A stretch of DNA of 24,000 bases from Nitrososphaerota archaeon (GTDB taxonomy: Archaea; Thermoproteota; Nitrososphaeria_A; Caldarchaeales; Calditenuaceae), in assembly GCA_038741355.1 (NCBI GenBank), contig JAVYLC010000008.1, positions 1 through 24,000 on the forward strand, given 5' to 3'. This document shows positions 22,642-24,000 of this stretch, in pieces. Below the pieces are notes generated by a model. It made no database searches, had not been told where the DNA came from, and worked only from the letters and a program-made list of their open reading frames with translations. Both the position numbers and the translations under genes were made by a program. Within the stretch, counting starts at the first letter, position 1. Each line of letters begins with the position of its first letter.

Positions 22642-23648
22642 TGCCGATCCAGTATAGGCAGCTAGGCAGGAGTGGGTTAAAAATCTCATGCCTAGTGCTC
22701 GGTACATGGTACCTACCGACGCTCCCCGAGGTAGACACTTATGGTGTGAGGAAGATCAACGAGGAGGCAACCCTCAGGCTCTGGAGAAAGGCGGTCGATA
22801 TGGGGATAAACACGATCGATACCGCTAACCGATATCACGGGGCCGTAGCCCCGGTTCCCGTTACACACGTCGGCTACGCTGAGAGGCTATTAGGTAAGTT
22901 CCTCCAGACTGTTGATAGAGAGTCACTAGTTATTGCAACAAAGGTCAGGTTTCCCATGGGGACTGGCCCTAATGATGAGGGTCTCTCCAGAAAGCATATT
23001 ATGAAGGCGGTGAGAGACAGCCTCTCTAGGCTCCAAACCAGCTACATCGACCTCTACCAAGCTCACGGCTTCGACCCATCAACACCACTTGAGGAGACTA
23101 TGATGGCTTTCGACGACATAGTAAAGGCCGGCCTCGTCCATTATGTCGGGTGCTCAAACTTCCAAGCCTGGCAGATATCTCAGGCCCTCGCAATATCGGA
23201 GAGGCTTGGGCTAGTAAAATTTGTCAGCGTCCAGCCACTCTACAACCTCCTCCAGCGAGAGGCTGAGAAGGAGCTCTTCCCCCTCGTCAGGCAGACAGGC
23301 CTAGGGGTGATATGCTACTCCCCCCTGGCCCAGGGGCTACTCGCGGGGCGATATCTCGCGGGTCCAAGAACTGATGCGAGGGCCTCATACAGCACCTCCG
23401 TAAACCCCCTCTTCACAGAGAGAAATCTCAAGATAGTGAACGAGCTCTCTCAGATGGCTAAAGAGAAAGGCATAACGCTGGCCCAGCTTAGCCTTGCGTG
23501 GATACTCCACCAACCTGATGTCACTGCACCGATAATTGGATCTACTAGGCCGGAGCAGCTTGAGGAAAATCTCCAAGCAGTGGATGTGAAGCTCTCTCAA
23601 GACGACTTGAAAAGGATTGACGAGATAACTAGGCCTACCCCTCAATAG
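22638..23648 (+). CDS. aldo/keto reductase family oxidoreductase
   Basis: AKR catalytic tetrad contexts are present: IDTANRYHG (Asp/Tyr), IATKV (Lys) and YQAHGFD (His). The C-terminus is typical: IIGSTRPEQLEENL. The gene has a 4-nt ATGA overlap with livF. Confidence 0.9.
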   Translation: MMPIQYRQLGRSGLKISCLVLGTWYLPTLPEVDTYGVRKINEEATLRLWRKAVDMGINTIDTANRYHGAVAPVPVTHVGYAERLLGKFLQTVDRESLVIATKVRFPMGTGPNDEGLSRKHIMKAVRDSLSRLQTSYIDLYQAHGFDPSTPLEETMMAFDDIVKAGLVHYVGCSNFQAWQISQALAISERLGLVKFVSVQPLYNLLQREAEKELFPLVRQTGLGVICYSPLAQGLLAGRYLAGPRTDARASYSTSVNPLFTERNLKIVNELSQMAKEKGITLAQLSLAWILHQPDVTAPIIGSTRPEQLEENLQAVDVKLSQDDLKRIDEITRPTPQ

Positions 23649-23663
23649 GGGCCATGTAGGACG

Positions 23664-24000
23664 GTGTGTCGTGGGTTGAGGGGGCTCCTAATACGTGCAA
23701 GGGAAACCCAGAGAGCCTTAGAGAAATTATTTGTAACAGGTGATTTCGCCCTATACCACGTCAGGGCTAGTCGGGGAGAAGAATACGTCATGGGGGCGGG
23801 AGAGAATGAGCGGCTCGTCTTCTCGACCGACGGCCCTATAGTTGTGAACGGTGAGCTGCTCCAGATAAGGGATATGATCTACACGCCTCGGGGTGTCGGA
23901 CTCGATATACGGGCTGAGGCCGATGCTAACATTTACGTCGCCGAGGCGAGTGGATCCACTCAACGGGAACAGTTCGTGAAGAGGTTTAGTGACGCTATCA
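23664..24000 (+). CDS. partial cupin-fold protein, IolB/KduI-like (runs off the right edge)
   Basis: The frame is open from 23649 to the window end. Candidate starts are GTG 23664, TTG 23676 and ATG 23790. The translation is ..FVTGDFALYHVRASRGEEYVMGAGENERLVFSTDGPIVVNGELLQIRDMIYTPRGVGLDIRAEADANIYVAEASGS... This resembles the N-terminal beta-barrel pattern of 5-deoxy-glucuronate isomerase/KduI-type cupins. The assignment is tentative. Confidence 0.45.
   Translation, partial: MCRGLRGLLIRARETQRALEKLFVTGDFALYHVRASRGEEYVMGAGENERLVFSTDGPIVVNGELLQIRDMIYTPRGVGLDIRAEADANIYVAEASGSTQREQFVKRFSDAI

Noticed and set aside
23751-23963. 70-aa minus-strand ORF near the right edge
   Set aside because: It is antisense to a longer open frame (23649-24000+) whose translation has a convincing cupin-like beta-strand pattern, so it is judged a shadow ORF.

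Overview
This is a gene-dense chromosomal window from an archaeon. The evidence is eukaryote-type ribosomal proteins L15e and S17e, NAC, a type-2 IPP isomerase, TATA-like boxes about 25-30 nt upstream of start codons (leaderless-type spacing), TTG/GTG starts and ATGA-type gene overlaps. Protein style suggests a thermophilic Thermoproteota/Crenarchaeota-like lineage, but no taxon can be assigned from sequence alone.

Confident housekeeping content:
- rpl15e, then an AsnB-like PP-loop enzyme, then an HtrA protease, as a same-strand cluster.
- A membrane H+-pyrophosphatase with the K+-independent signature.
- One tRNA with a CAU anticodon.
- NAC and a GlmU/ST0452-like sugar-1-phosphate nucleotidyltransferase.
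- An AN1-zinc-finger/M50 site-2 protease, type-2 IPP isomerase and rps17e.
- A complete divergent branched-chain amino-acid ABC transporter (livM-livH <-> livK-livG-livF), coupled to an aldo/keto reductase and followed by a partial cupin (IolB/KduI-like) gene.

No CRISPR array, rRNA or intact mobile element was seen.

Regions worth a second look:
1. 226-1683: a small C4HC3 (PHD/RING-like spacing) zinc-finger protein translationally coupled to an acidic coiled-coil protein, convergent with a 282-aa coiled-coil protein.
2. 8057-9817: a 586-aa protein with a winged-helix domain, a possible ATP-cone and a large unknown domain, with a palindromic candidate operator upstream.
3. 11579-13619: a minus-strand operon of uncharacterised proteins (AbrB-like fragment, 141-154 aa unknown, DUF1512-like membrane protein, zinc ribbon).
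4. 13520-15317: a 1.8-kb gene-poor, decayed locus. It contains a frameshifted and truncated EcfT/CbiQ pseudogene, a start-less hydrophobic ORF stub, a GC-rich cluster of mutually exclusive palindromes and a G-quadruplex motif.

All functional calls come from motif recognition by eye. No database search was run.
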